Part shown: piece after piece, positions 1-11,769 of the stretch | Position numbering within the stretch: the first letter of the stretch is position 1 | Layout of the letters: each line of letters opens with the position of its first letter | Assembly (NCBI GenBank): GCA_965153285.1 | Contig: OZ229110.1 | Length of the DNA stretch: 64,000 nucleotides | From: Podarcis tiliguerta | Taxonomy: Eukaryota | Reading direction: 5' to 3' (one strand) | The notes under the pieces: generated by a model | The model's input: only the letters and a program-made list of their open reading frames with translations | Told to the model about the DNA's origin: nothing | The model's database searches: none | Position numbers and translations under genes: made by a program

Positions 1-1114
1 GAGGTTTAGGAGTACAGTGTGATTTCAGTTTCCTTTAAAACAAATGGTTATAGCTGAGATTTAGATTCAACAACATGCATAAAAGTTGTTATTTAGACCA
101 AATAGAGCATAGCAAGTTACCCAAGGCCACTAGAGCCAAAACATACAGTACGGGTTGTATGAATAATTCACGTGTGTTTATCCTATTCTTTCCACTTTTG
201 TATGTGATGAGCACCTTACGCTCTATAACATGGAGGAGGTTATGCTTTTTTTTTGTTTTGCTGAGTATTTGCCATGTATGCATGGATGGGAAGTCTCAAT
301 TGGATCCATGGAGGCGGAAAAGGTACATATGTAGTGTGCAAGGTAATAGGATATAGCAGAAATATCATGGGTACCTGCTAAATTAGTAGTGTAAGATGGT
401 CCTGAGATAGCTGGTGGAAGTTCTGGTGTCAACCTGCAACAAAAATCTTGCAAAACGTTTTAGGGTCCGTGTGTGTGTATAGAGGGAATGCTTTCTGCAG
501 GAGCTCTCGCAAAGTTGTCTACTGTTTCCTCAGTCCCTTCTCCCAAGCCAAGTTGTAGTTTTGGTTCCTCTTAGTATCCCACTCTTCCTTTGTTTCTGCT
601 TTGTCTCAGTCCCTTTTACTTATTAAAATCCACTGATGATATCTTCAGCAAATACAAAAAGGGGGGAATTAATTGAGAGAAACTTAGTAATACCCATTTT
701 AGAGGTTCTTGAGTCACAGTCAGATTGCTAGACTCAATGACCTCTCTTTTAAAGAAGTAAATCCATGTAATTTGTTCTGTATCAAAGAATATGTGCTATG
801 TATATTTTTTCTTTTGGAAGAATGATTGAACAGGGCCTCCAAATACCTGTTTTAAGTGGAAAGATTACATTAAAAAAAAAGAACATGGTACTTGTGTATG
901 AATTCCTCCCCCCGCCCAAAAAAGCCCCCACTTTCTGTCACCTTCTACATTTAGTGGTGGGAAATGGAAAGCTTTAAGTGAATAGAGGAGAGGAACCTCA
1001 GCAAGCTGGGATTGAATGTGCAATTGGTCGTGTATCTTGTTGTAACGGTTTGGGTGCTTCACATTGATTTCCTTTTACCCATTTGTGCTTTGTGGGATAT
1101 TGAACTCAAGGAAC

Positions 1115-1523
1115 ATGACAGAACGAAAGAGGAAGCCCAAGTTCTCCAGGGAGGAGCTGGACATTCTGGTCACGGAAGTGACTCGGAACGAAGCCAGGCT
1201 GTTTGGAAGGGAGACGATACGTCTATCCCACGCAGACAGGGACAAGATCTGGGAAAGTATAGCCAGGAAAATCACATCGGTGAGCCAGGTCCCCAGGTCT
1301 GTGAAAGATATTAAGCACAGGTGGGACGACATGAAGAGAAGGACCAAAGACAAACTGGCATACATGCAGAGGTCCCTCTCCAGTCCCAGCAGCCCGGGGA
1401 GGCCCTCGGCCATTGTCCTGACCGCCCACGAGAGAGCCATCGAGTCGACGCTGCATTCGTCACGCCAGATGCACGGCTTCCGGAGAGCGGATCTGGACGT
1501 GGTTGACAGCCCATCAACCAGCT
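1115..1523 (+). CDS. Myb/SANT-like (Myb_DNA-bind_5; MYPOP/NAIF1/TSNARE1-like, Harbinger-derived) protein, coding exon 1
   Basis: ATG at 1115. Translation KRKPKFSREELDILVTEV...LFG...RDKIWESIARKI...PRSVKDIKHRWDDMKRRTKDKLA follows the MYPOP/NAIF1 pattern (RKxxFSxxE..W..IA..R...KxRWxDxKRRTKxK). Donor T|GTAAGT at 1523/1524 (phase 1). Candidate acceptor AG at 1109-1110. Confidence 0.88.
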
Positions 1524-3595
1524 GTAAGTATTACCTCCCCCCGGTCCCCTGCTGAACAGATCAGTTCTGACCAAAGAACTGTATGTATTGCACGAAAGGT
1601 CAGCCCTGCCCTGCTAGCGAAACTGTTATCTCTGGTTGGCGTTTCCTGTTGCGCTTTGGTTCTCTCCACCCTATTTCCTCCCTCAGCCTTGGGTTAGGAA
1701 TAGATTGTAGGGACCTGCACCTTGAATGAACTGGCATGAGCTGTGCTACTTCGGTCAAGTTAGCAAAAAAGGGATAGGTATTGTCAGTGCCCATGGTCTG
1801 TGGAATGGCAAATGTGAAGATGCTTGGAAGGTTGTGTGCACACATTGACGGAGGGAAAGGGAAGACCAAACGTTTGAACCAAATCTTCATCCTTAATAAA
1901 TCCAATATATGGGTCACTAGATGAGTTCACAAGCTCATAAATGTGGATATTTCTACATTGCGCAAAGGTGGTAGTATGTGGAGTTGGCGTATCCATGGGC
2001 AATTTGAATGGGCAATGCCATTGATCTTTCCACCAATGTACCATGATCAAGGGATTGCCAAAACCAATCTTACAGCGTGCAAATGTGTGTACTTGAATCA
2101 TACAGTACTTCATCTCCTATCAAGAATTTCCACATTTGTGATTATGTGATCTAGCCCTGGCACTTGTATATACAAAATGGTGCTTGGGTTTTGTCCATTT
2201 TAACATCTTACCAGGTATTCGTGATATTCAGGACAGCCTTTACAAATGAGGGGTAACAACTATTTTTCATTGCTCTTGTGGAAACAAGAGATAGGCAGTA
2301 TGCTTCTGGCTTGCAGCTTTTGATCTAGTAGACTAAACCTGAAGAAAGTTCCGTAAGTGCATAGGCTGCACTTATCATCAAGGTCTTCTCTAGTTTTCCC
2401 TGTTCAACAGGCAGCACTACGGTTTAGGCTTATAAGGCTCAGCTAGCCATACCGCAAATATAATTAAGCAGTGGGAGAGGTCTATGACCCATTGCCTCAT
2501 GCTTAGTCTTAGACTGGACCACTAGCAGTTCTAAATGCTAGCCACTGCAACAGAAATTCTTGCCATAAAACATCCAATGAGATATGGCCAAACTCCTATT
2601 TGTTGGCTTTATTATTCTGTACTAGTGTTAAACTTCCTCTTCTGGATTATATTTGATAAAAAGGAAAAGCATGCAAAAACTGCACTAAATCACTTTTTAC
2701 AGTGGTGAAGCCTCTTGTCCCTGATAAGGAAGAGCTTTGGTGTGTGCAGAAACTGGAAATGTGGTGTTACCACTTGAGAGCTGCTTCCTGTAAACCAAGG
2801 GAATGGGTAGATGATATCAGTGTGGTGCCCTTCCAGATATTGCCCAAGCCAACATGGCCAATCCTAAGGGATGCTGGGAGTTGGAGTCTAGCAACATCTA
2901 GAAGGCATCACACTGATCTTTCCAGTATTGTCTTCTTCAGCTGCCATTGGCTTTCCAAGATTCTGACAGGGGTCTCCCCTTTCCTTGCCACTGAGATCCT
3001 TTATTGGATGGTAGCTGGGACCTTTTTGCAAGCTAGAACCCCCCCACTGAACTATGGACTGCTTTGGGTTTACTAGTCCCTTACAAATTGACAAAGATTA
3101 CTTAATGGTGGATGACTCCTCACAGGAAATGATTCTCTGCAATTGCTGCTGCTGAATGAAATGACTTTGGAAGCTCTTAATATAAAATCAGTATGTGATT
3201 AGATTGATAAAGCAACAGTCATGGTGGTGGTTGTGTACACTTGAAAGTCTACCATTAACTCTCCTCTTATCTCAGGATGTGCATAATTTCAGGTTTTTTG
3301 TTGGCATTTTGTGCCCCAAAGAAAAATCTATAGTTGGCCTTGCATCTAGTGACTTCAAAGCAGTCATCTTAGAGGGATGCTAAGCAAAATGCGTTTTGTA
3401 AATGGACATTTGCATTACACAAGAAATTCTTTTTAAAGGAATCAACGCCATAGTCTATTCCTTAAAAAAAATCTCTTTCTGCATTTTAGCAAAATTTCAA
3501 GTTGAGTGCTTGCTTCTCCTGAACTTATTGAAATAGAGATTTTCAGAAGAAAACATTCATGTAAATAATCTGGTGTTTTCTGTTTCTGTTTCAAG

Positions 3596-4167
3596 CTGAC
3601 GAAGATGTGGAGGTGCCTGGCCCCTCGCAGCAACACCACTTTTCATCACTGCAGAGGCACGCAGAAGAAGCTGACCTTCTCTCCATACCATCATACCTTC
3701 ATTCTTCTTCTCTGTCAGATCACTCGGATGTTATTAACCAAAGGCAGGAAATGAGGCAACCAAACCCATGTTCCCAGTCCTCTTTTAGGCCCCCTCGGCC
3801 CTATGCCCAAAGCCCACCCATCTCTGGTTTTGATCGCCAGCTCTTTGACACCCACATTGAACAGACGGAGCTCTTCAGGCAGTTCTGTCAAGAGCTGGTA
3901 ACAATCCACAGAGACATGGCAAATAACATGCTTGTGATCAGCCAGAGGATGTCTGACCTGACTGGGCAGGTCAGCCAGATGTGCCAGACCTTGACCAAAA
4001 TCAAGGACGAGCTTCAGACTTTGAACAAGGGTCAGGTTCCCAGCACTAGCCAGGTGGCAGCACCAGTGAACCCTTCTGAACCCAAGGCAGGGAATAGCCA
4101 AAGCCATCCCAAGCAGACGCCTCTTCCTCGGACGACTAGGTCACGGAAGAGAAAGCACCACTTCTAG
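3596..4167 (+). CDS. Myb/SANT-like protein, coding exon 2 (S/P/Q-rich linker, coiled coil, C-terminal basic RSRKRK)
   Basis: Acceptor tgttttctgtttctgtttcaag| ends at 3595. The phase-1 join T+CT gives S-DEDVEVPGPS, in frame with ORF 3607-4167. 409+572=981 nt, i.e. 326 aa plus stop. Heptad-like segment LFRQFCQELVTIHRDMANNM...LTKIKDELQTL. Confidence 0.82.
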
Positions 4168-5228
4168 CTCCCTTCGTATTAAACAGGAAAGAGTAGCTGA
4201 TGTTGGGTTAGGAAAAAAATTCATTAGCATGACTATTGGGGAAGATCAGTGAGAGTTCCCTATAAAGATGAATATAAATTATGACAGTTTAGCAGTAGGC
4301 TTTGCTCTGTGCACTTGGAAGCGCAGCACCTTGCTTGCCCGCCCTGTATTAGAAGCTGTGAACACCTTAAATACGCACAGGAGAAATTTAATGGCTGTCT
4401 TGCTCTATGGAGTCAAGGTGCACATAGATTTGTTTCCTTAACCTTTTATGCTCAGGAAACGTTACTTAGGCTTTGCATTTAAATAATTGCACTTAAGGTA
4501 AAACAATCCACAAATATATGCTCCCCCCGCCCCTTCTACTTCTGCAAATGCACTATGTGGATCTAAGAGCCGTAAACGGACTACATTCTTTGCCATAGTT
4601 AGCTATTGTGGTTTGGGTTTGAGTACTAAAGCTGGGTAGATACTGACAAAAGGAGGGATGTGGAAAAATAGGAAAAAACAATGCCTGCTTCTGAAGCGCG
4701 CAAAGCACCACCCAGCACACTGGACTTACTCATCAGCTTTTTCTGTCAGGTAGCAAAAGCAGTTATGGCAGGTGTCAGCCACTTCAGGCCTTTAAGAGGC
4801 GTTATCTAGCAGAAATTGGTAACATTGCAGTCCATAAAAACAAGTGCATTCTTTTGAAAGTAACTTGCACTGAAATCAGTTTGCTAAACCTGCTAGAAAC
4901 AAGTTTAGAATAAGGTAAACCATGGCCAGCCTGCTAATTTTTCTACCTGGTCATGCCAGACTACATCTTCAGTTCTTTAGGATATTAATAAGAGTAGTTC
5001 AGTAATCCCTCAGCTTAAATGGGGGTTACGTTCTGGAGATCGCACCTAAAGCCAAAATTGCATATAGGCAAAACACATTGGGTACAATGGCGTGTGGAAT
5101 TGCCAAAGCTTCTTTTCTTCTGGATGCCCATCCCCCTTTCCACCCATATATATGTCAAAGCTGAACGCACACAAGTTAAATGTGCGCAAGTTGTGGGCTT
5201 ACTGTACACCAAGCTGTACCTTTTTTTA

Positions 5229-5234
5229 AATAAA
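5229..5234 (+). terminator. Poly(A) signal of the nested Myb/SANT-like transcript
   Basis: AATAAA preceded by two TGTA motifs (about 5203-5218) and followed by a T-rich tract (ccttttttgttg, about 5250-5262), roughly 1.06 kb after the stop codon. Confidence 0.55.
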
Positions 5235-8200
5235 GAGCTCACAAATTTAACCTTTTTTGTTGAGGGATGGCATTTTCAGAAGCAACTAACTGGAGCATGC
5301 TCAAGTGCTGGCTTTGACACCAATGTAATTCTCCTGACATCTTCAGAATTGCTCTTTTGTTTGCAAACGCGACGCCGTCTTTTTAAGCCCCTTGTCTTAT
5401 CACAGGCTTGCTGGTGCGTGTTCTCCTTATACCAGCTTCCTGCTTAACAGGAGTGCTGTGCATGCATTCAAATGAACATGTAAGGGCTTAAACTGGTGCA
5501 GCAGGTGTTACCCACTCTCACCCGTCCCCCAGACTTCCCACATTGAATGGTTTCTGATCTTAGGGAGGTATGCAAGTGTGTCCAGCCAAATGCTCCCAAG
5601 TCTTCCTACCATACACAGGAAAGATGCGGAAGGAGATGCGCCTGGTACGCACAGGGTGGGTGCGGATGGCGTGTGCATGGTTGCTTGCCCAGTTTAAGCT
5701 CTCATACAATTCTTTTGAATCCAGGAATAGGGCAAACAGGAGATGCAAGCTACTGCCTATGTGAATCAAGATTACTGTCTACTTAGTTCTAAATGTAGTC
5801 TAGCCTGGCCTGTTAGGACTCCACTATGGTTCTGGAACTGGATGTTTGATCATATTCTCACACCTGCTATAGTACATAAGCTAAAATTGCATGTGCACTG
5901 TACACTTTTCATACCTGCACCTGCTCTTCTGCACCCTACGGATGAGATGTCAAGAGTTGAGACACAATCCCCTTATAAAGTCATAGCTGCAGTAGTCTAC
6001 ATTCCACAAGGCCCTTATGGCAGTGAGGATAAATTTAGGGTGCACACTTATCGGGGAAGGGAACCCTAATGAACTCAAGGAGACTTCCTTCTGTGTAAAC
6101 ACACATAAGATTGTGCTGTGAAGGTTAAAGCGTGTTGGGGCAGCTCCACCTCCACTTTCCCTGGGGCTACTTAAGGCCAGAGTTCCCTGAGAGGAGAAGG
6201 CCAGGCCAGGGTGTTGGTGCCACCAGCTCCTGAAGTAGACCTGAGATTAATTTGACCATTTGTTTTGTATTAATATTTTAACCCGCAAACCTCCTTGGAT
6301 GCCTTGATAGAAAGGCTTCATATAAATGCGATAAATAAATGATGAAAATATAATCAGACTGGTTTTTGAAAGCCTATTTCAGAGGAAACTTCACTTTTCT
6401 GCAGTGTTGCCACCTATTTGCAGGGAATTTAAAATCCATATGGCATTAAATGTGGATCACTTTTTTCGTGAATTAACAAAGTTCAGTATTTGTATACTTC
6501 TGAGGCAGGCATAGCACCAGTTCGTTGCAAATTAATGTGAAGGAAATAATGGCGCAGGGTCTGGAAGTGCCTGGTCCTCAGAGTTTCCACCACCGAAGTG
6601 GATGGGTTTAGCTCCCCCCCAAAGCAAGTCTAGATTGTAAGCTCCTTGGAGTAGAGACCTCTTTCTTTTGCTCTTCTTAACCCTATAAAGGACCATGTCC
6701 ATTGATGGCACTCTATAAATTAAATAATAGGAATGTCGTCTGTTACAAAACTCCTGGTGTCTCATATGTGCTTGTCTCCAAGCCATTAGGATGAATAAGG
6801 TTGCTTTGCTTTCCTGTTTCAAACTTTTGTGATGTGTTGTTGATTCAGCTATCAGTTCTTGGAGAACTGAGACAAAAAACAAGTTGGCATTCTCAGCCAC
6901 CGCTGACCTTTTCTGAGAAGCTCAGGTGCTTGTGGCCTCTGGATTTCTGGCACTTGGGAGAAATGTACACGCTGCGTGCTTTCTTTTAGAACAGGATAAG
7001 AAGCTGTTAAAGCTAAGCTTGAGGAATCTGGGATGTTAATATATAGAGAAACATATCTGGGCAAATGAAGGTATGCCCCATGATTTATTTATTTTCCATG
7101 GGGAATTAGCAACAAGGGATGAGTTCTTTGCTCTCTGAAATGCTTTCTTTGTGATCATCCCCACAAGGGGATGTTGTATGTGATTGTGTATACATGGCAT
7201 GTTTTAAAGTGCCCCTTGTTTGACTGAAATGCTGTGCTTGCCCTAATATTTCTTATATATGATGGAAATTTATGAGTATTTTTGTTAACAATAAATATAT
7301 AATACTTAAAACTCAAACTCTTTGTTGGGTAACGTCTTTCCTTCTCTACATGGGTGCTTTCAAGTTGTGTTCTGGAGCCTGTCTTCCATTTCAAGGACAT
7401 TTCAAGGATAGTTTACAGCTTACATATCTCTGTATGGTGCACAAATAGCACTTTCCTATCAGGACACATTTGTCAGATTGGGGTGGGTTTTATGTTTTTT
7501 GTTTTGCTATATTTTACGGTCAATTTGAGGACAAAAAGCATTTGCTCATCAAGAAGGAGCAAAAGATAGGTGAATGGTTTGGAAATGTTCCCAGTGTGAA
7601 AGTTTGTTCATGTGCCTAAAGATCTACAGAAAAAGCTACAAATCTGCCCATTTGCATTGTTATACAAAAAGCGACCTCAAAAATAGTGATGTTCCAGATT
7701 TCATCTGCCTCGTTTATTATTTTATTTATTTCATAAAAATTTATATACTGCTTGAGTTGTAGAAAACCTCAAAGTGGTTTACAAAACTGATGAGATTACT
7801 ACAACTTCTAGCACCATACAGCTTACCTGAAACAGCAATAAGGATTTCATGAGGATCTTGCAAAGATAGTTTGGAGATCTCAGCTGTCCATTTAGGTATA
7901 TCCAAGAGTTGAGCATCCATGCATGAAAATTTCTTACAGCTTTTTCAGAGACATCTTCTGAATCTCTAATTAGGTTCTGGGATTGCTTGTCACAGCTTGT
8001 CACAGCCTGTATAAAAGCACATATGCATACATAAAATGGTGACTCGTTCTTTCAAACAGATTACTACAACAGTTGCTTTGGGACAGGGAGACCCTTGGCC
8101 AGTGCTTTTTAGCTTTTCCAGTGCATCTGGAAAAGAAGTAGATGTTCATTTAACTGAATGGAATTGTTTAATTTAGGACTGATTCTGAGCTTTTCTTCCT

Positions 8201-10043
8201 TTAAAAAGAAAATACAGCAATCACCACCAGGAAAGAATAAACCCCTGGTCAGAGCAACTCCTGTGTCCAAATGTATGAGGAGTGCATCTGATTTCAGCAA
8301 ACCCATGAAAACTTAGTGCAACTGGGGGAAGGAGTGAATCTTGAGAGTCGCTGCTTAGCCGGAATGGCACCATCTTTCCCATCTCTGCCTTCCTCTTGGC
8401 TTAGCAAATCTAGGCAATGAGGCTGGGGTGGGGGGAGCTTAGTTACAAAGTCAAGCTGCTCTGTTCTTCTTGACTTAACCCACAGCAGTGATGGGGAATT
8501 TGCGGCTCTTCAGGTGACATTGGGCTCCCCATCATCCCCCTCCACCTTGGCTGATGGTCAGAGGTGATGGGGATTTGTAGTCCAAGAAGAGTTGGAGGGC
8601 CACAGCTTCCCCATCTCAGCCCTGCGGTGTCCAGATCCCTTGGCTTTGTGCATGTGTCTTCTCCCCAGTCACTCAACAATATCGATGGAAGCAGCCCCCT
8701 CTGTATATTGGATTGTGAAAGAAGTTGCCTGCACACTCATAGCATGTGTGTAATACATTGAGTTGTCAGTCGGTCAGCAGTAAACTAAAACCGAGGCAGA
8801 GAGGCGAAGGGCAGCTCACTCGTATCCGAGGGGTCTGGATCAGTGCTAAATACGCCAAGTTCTAAACAGCTTTTGTCCTGTCACTTATCTGCTACGCAGT
8901 AAACGAAGGTTTGGAGTCTAGTGTTCACCTGTCTCTTTTCTGACACTATGATTAATTATTTTGCAAAAGTGTAGTGCAGTGCAGTATGAGCATGACAGCC
9001 AAGTATGGTCATCGGACACATATTAGAAGGATATTAATGGAAGTGGCTGGTGTGGTATGCGGGGAAGAGCAGAAGCTGTTTCTGCTGTTAAAAGGGAGTA
9101 TTCCCAGGAGTAACTCTTATGCTAGCAGAAGTAATGCGGCATGACCTCTGCCCTCTCTCTTATTCAAACAGTGCCAGCTCCGCAATATAGATGCAATCCA
9201 CTAAGCACAGTTTGTGCACAATCATCAGTAACTCTCAATTAAATTTGAAACATGGCTCCCATGCAATTACTGGAAAAATACTCTTGCTCCAGCAACCTCT
9301 CTCTCTCACTCAGTACCAAGCCTAGGTTTTAGTAACGTACGTTTTTCATACTGTCTCTGCCCCTCACCTGATAACTTGCTTACTTTTATGCATGCAGATT
9401 ATCGAAATGTGCACACCAAGGATTAGTGTGACTAACTAGGTAAAGCTAATGTCTCAAGATGGCTAAGAGATGCAAGCAAGTTTGTTCTTGATTCAGATCC
9501 TCTCCCCCATGGACTCTTAAGGTTTCTTTAGGCAAGCCACTGTCTCTCAGCTGCTTCATCTGTAACATGGCAGCCAGTGGTTAAAGTGGTGGGCTTGGAT
9601 GGAGGACACTTGAGTTAAAATCCCTACTCTCCCATGTAGCTCACTGAGTGAAACTGGGCCTGTCGCTATCTTTCAGCCTAAACAACCTCAGTGTAGTTGT
9701 GAGCATAAATAGGAAGGAACTGTGTATGCCTTCTTGAGCTCCTTGTAGAATAGACAAGCAATAAATTCATTAAAACAAGGGAAAGCAAGACTGATAAACT
9801 TTACAGCGTTAATAAGAACTACCCCTTTGCCTGCCTCCAGAAAGAAATTGGCTTTGGGGGGGTCTGGAGAAATCCTGGAACAGCATATAGGGAAAGGAGA
9901 GGATAAATTGTTCCATCAGGCCAAGCAGAGATGCTTGCACTGATGGCATGATCCTCCTTGGCACTGCTTTGAATTCCACCCAATAACTTTGGAACACAAG
10001 TGCTATATAATAAGAACTTTCTGCATTTGCCAGATAAAGAGTA

Positions 10044-10269
10044 CAGTGGTACCTCAGGTTAAGTACTTAATTCGTTCCGGAGGTCTGTTCTTAACCTGAA
10101 ACTGTTCTTAACCCGAAGCACCACTTTAGCTAATGGGGCCTCCCGCTGCCGCTGCGCCACCAGAGCATGATTTCTGTTCTCATCCTGAAGCAAAGTTCTT
10201 AACCTGAAGCACTATTTCTGGGTTAGCGGAGTCTGTAACCTGAAGCGTATGTAACCTGAAGTACCACTG
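10044..10269 (+). mobile_element. Tc1/mariner (Tigger/pogo-like) MITE
   Basis: TA|CAGTGGTACCTC...GTACCACTG|TA terminal inverted repeats; homologous to the copies at 24077, 49797, 53479 and 62884. Confidence 0.88.
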
Positions 10270-11340
10270 TACTGCCTGCATGCTGTTTTGTAATATTTTC
10301 ACTGACAAATAAAATCCCTGCCATGGATTTTGGTGTTACCCTTGCGCTGTAACTTAGTGGCTTGGTGATGGTAGACAAATGGTTTTCTCATGAGGTTGCC
10401 AGAATGACACCCAACTTTGTGAGAGCCAGTTTTTGGTGTTTGCCTATTTTTTTGCGCTCATGACAGTGGCGATTGTGTGGTTGCCTGACAGCAGCCTTAT
10501 CCCTTGCAAGTCTTGACAGTAAGAAATCCGACCACCACCTTTGTCCCTTTCCACTTGGAAATCCTTCATTTCCAAACAGATAGAGATATGAAATTAGATC
10601 TGACATTGTTTTTATATCTTTTTTACTGTTGCTGTTTCTTATTGTTGTAGTGCTTTGGAATGATTTGTGGGAAGCGATTTGTCAATGATATCAATCAATC
10701 ACTGAGAAAAACTGACAGGGGGAGCTGAGGCTGGTGCAAAGTTTTCAGATGCTGAAATGCTTCTCGCTGAGCAGCTGCTATGTGGAGGGTGCTCAAAATG
10801 GCTTCTTTGCAGCAGCTTGTTCTGTATAGGCCCTTTACAAGAATTGGCTGCTGGCTACCAGAGTGGGAGTGAAGCTTGAGAAGCAGTGAGGTCCAAGGGC
10901 CCAGCATCTAAGGCCATTGTAAACACTTTACAAGCAGGCATGTGCTTTTTGGCTATTGAAGAGGAACCTGTGGCTCCCCAGGTGTGGGAATTCAACTCCC
11001 ATTATCCCTGACCATTGACCATGTTGGCCAAGGCTGCAGGGAGTTGCAGTGCAGCCACGTCAGGTGGGCTTCAGGTTCCTCGTCCCCGTTTTAAATGTGC
11101 TGACAACATTGGTGTTACTAGACAGAGGCAACAGCTATATACCAGATTCAAGAAGCTGTTTGATATTCCTTCGGTGTGCATGTTATTTCCTTGTAGCTTG
11201 TTGCATATCATTATTCATGCCATCCAATACTCCTCTGCCGGTGTCTCCCTTTTGAAGGTCACTCATGCTGCACTGTGGCTTCTGTATGTTTCCTTTCTGT
11301 CTAAGCCTCCTTGTAAGTCAAAAACTGTCCTTGTTCTCAG

Positions 11341-11528
11341 GTATGTGGCCATATCCCGGGAGGAGAGAGAACAGAACCTCATGGCGTTCCAGCACAGCGA
11401 GAGGATTTACTTCCGGACCTGCCGAGACATCCGGCCAGGGGAGAGGCTAAGGGTCTGGTACAGCGAGGATTATATGAAGCGATTGCACAGCATGTCTCAG
11501 GAGACCATCAACAGAAACCTCACAAGAG
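11341..11528 (+). CDS. PRDM11: PRDM11 internal exon: C-terminal part of the PR/SET domain
   Basis: Acceptor ttgttctcag| and donor G|GTGGGT; 188 nt. Encodes (R)[62 protein letters not shown], which closely matches recalled PRDM11. Confidence 0.95.
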
Positions 11529-11735
11529 GTGGGTGTCTTTCCCTTCCCCTTTTCTGTCTCTGAGTTTGTTCTAGCATTCTTCTCTGACAAAGATGGCTTC
11601 TGAAGCAGCTACAAACATCTCTTTTTGGGTGACAGGGGGGTTAAAACCAGCAAACAAAACATTCCATATCACAAAATGACTGAAATGAGCAGAATGCCTG
11701 GTTGAAATGAAATCCATCAAATAGCACTGTTGGGG

Positions 11736-11738
<3 letters not shown>

Positions 11739-11768
<30 letters not shown>
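11739..11768. repeat. (TG)15 microsatellite
   Basis: Read directly from the sequence. Confidence 0.95.

Positions 11769-11769
<1 letters not shown>

Noticed and set aside
5830-5850. 'NWM' codons as the missing upstream PRDM11 exon
   Set aside because: The surrounding translation (PLWFWNWMFDH) does not match PRDM11 (…SIDGSDETKANWMR) and no donor follows.
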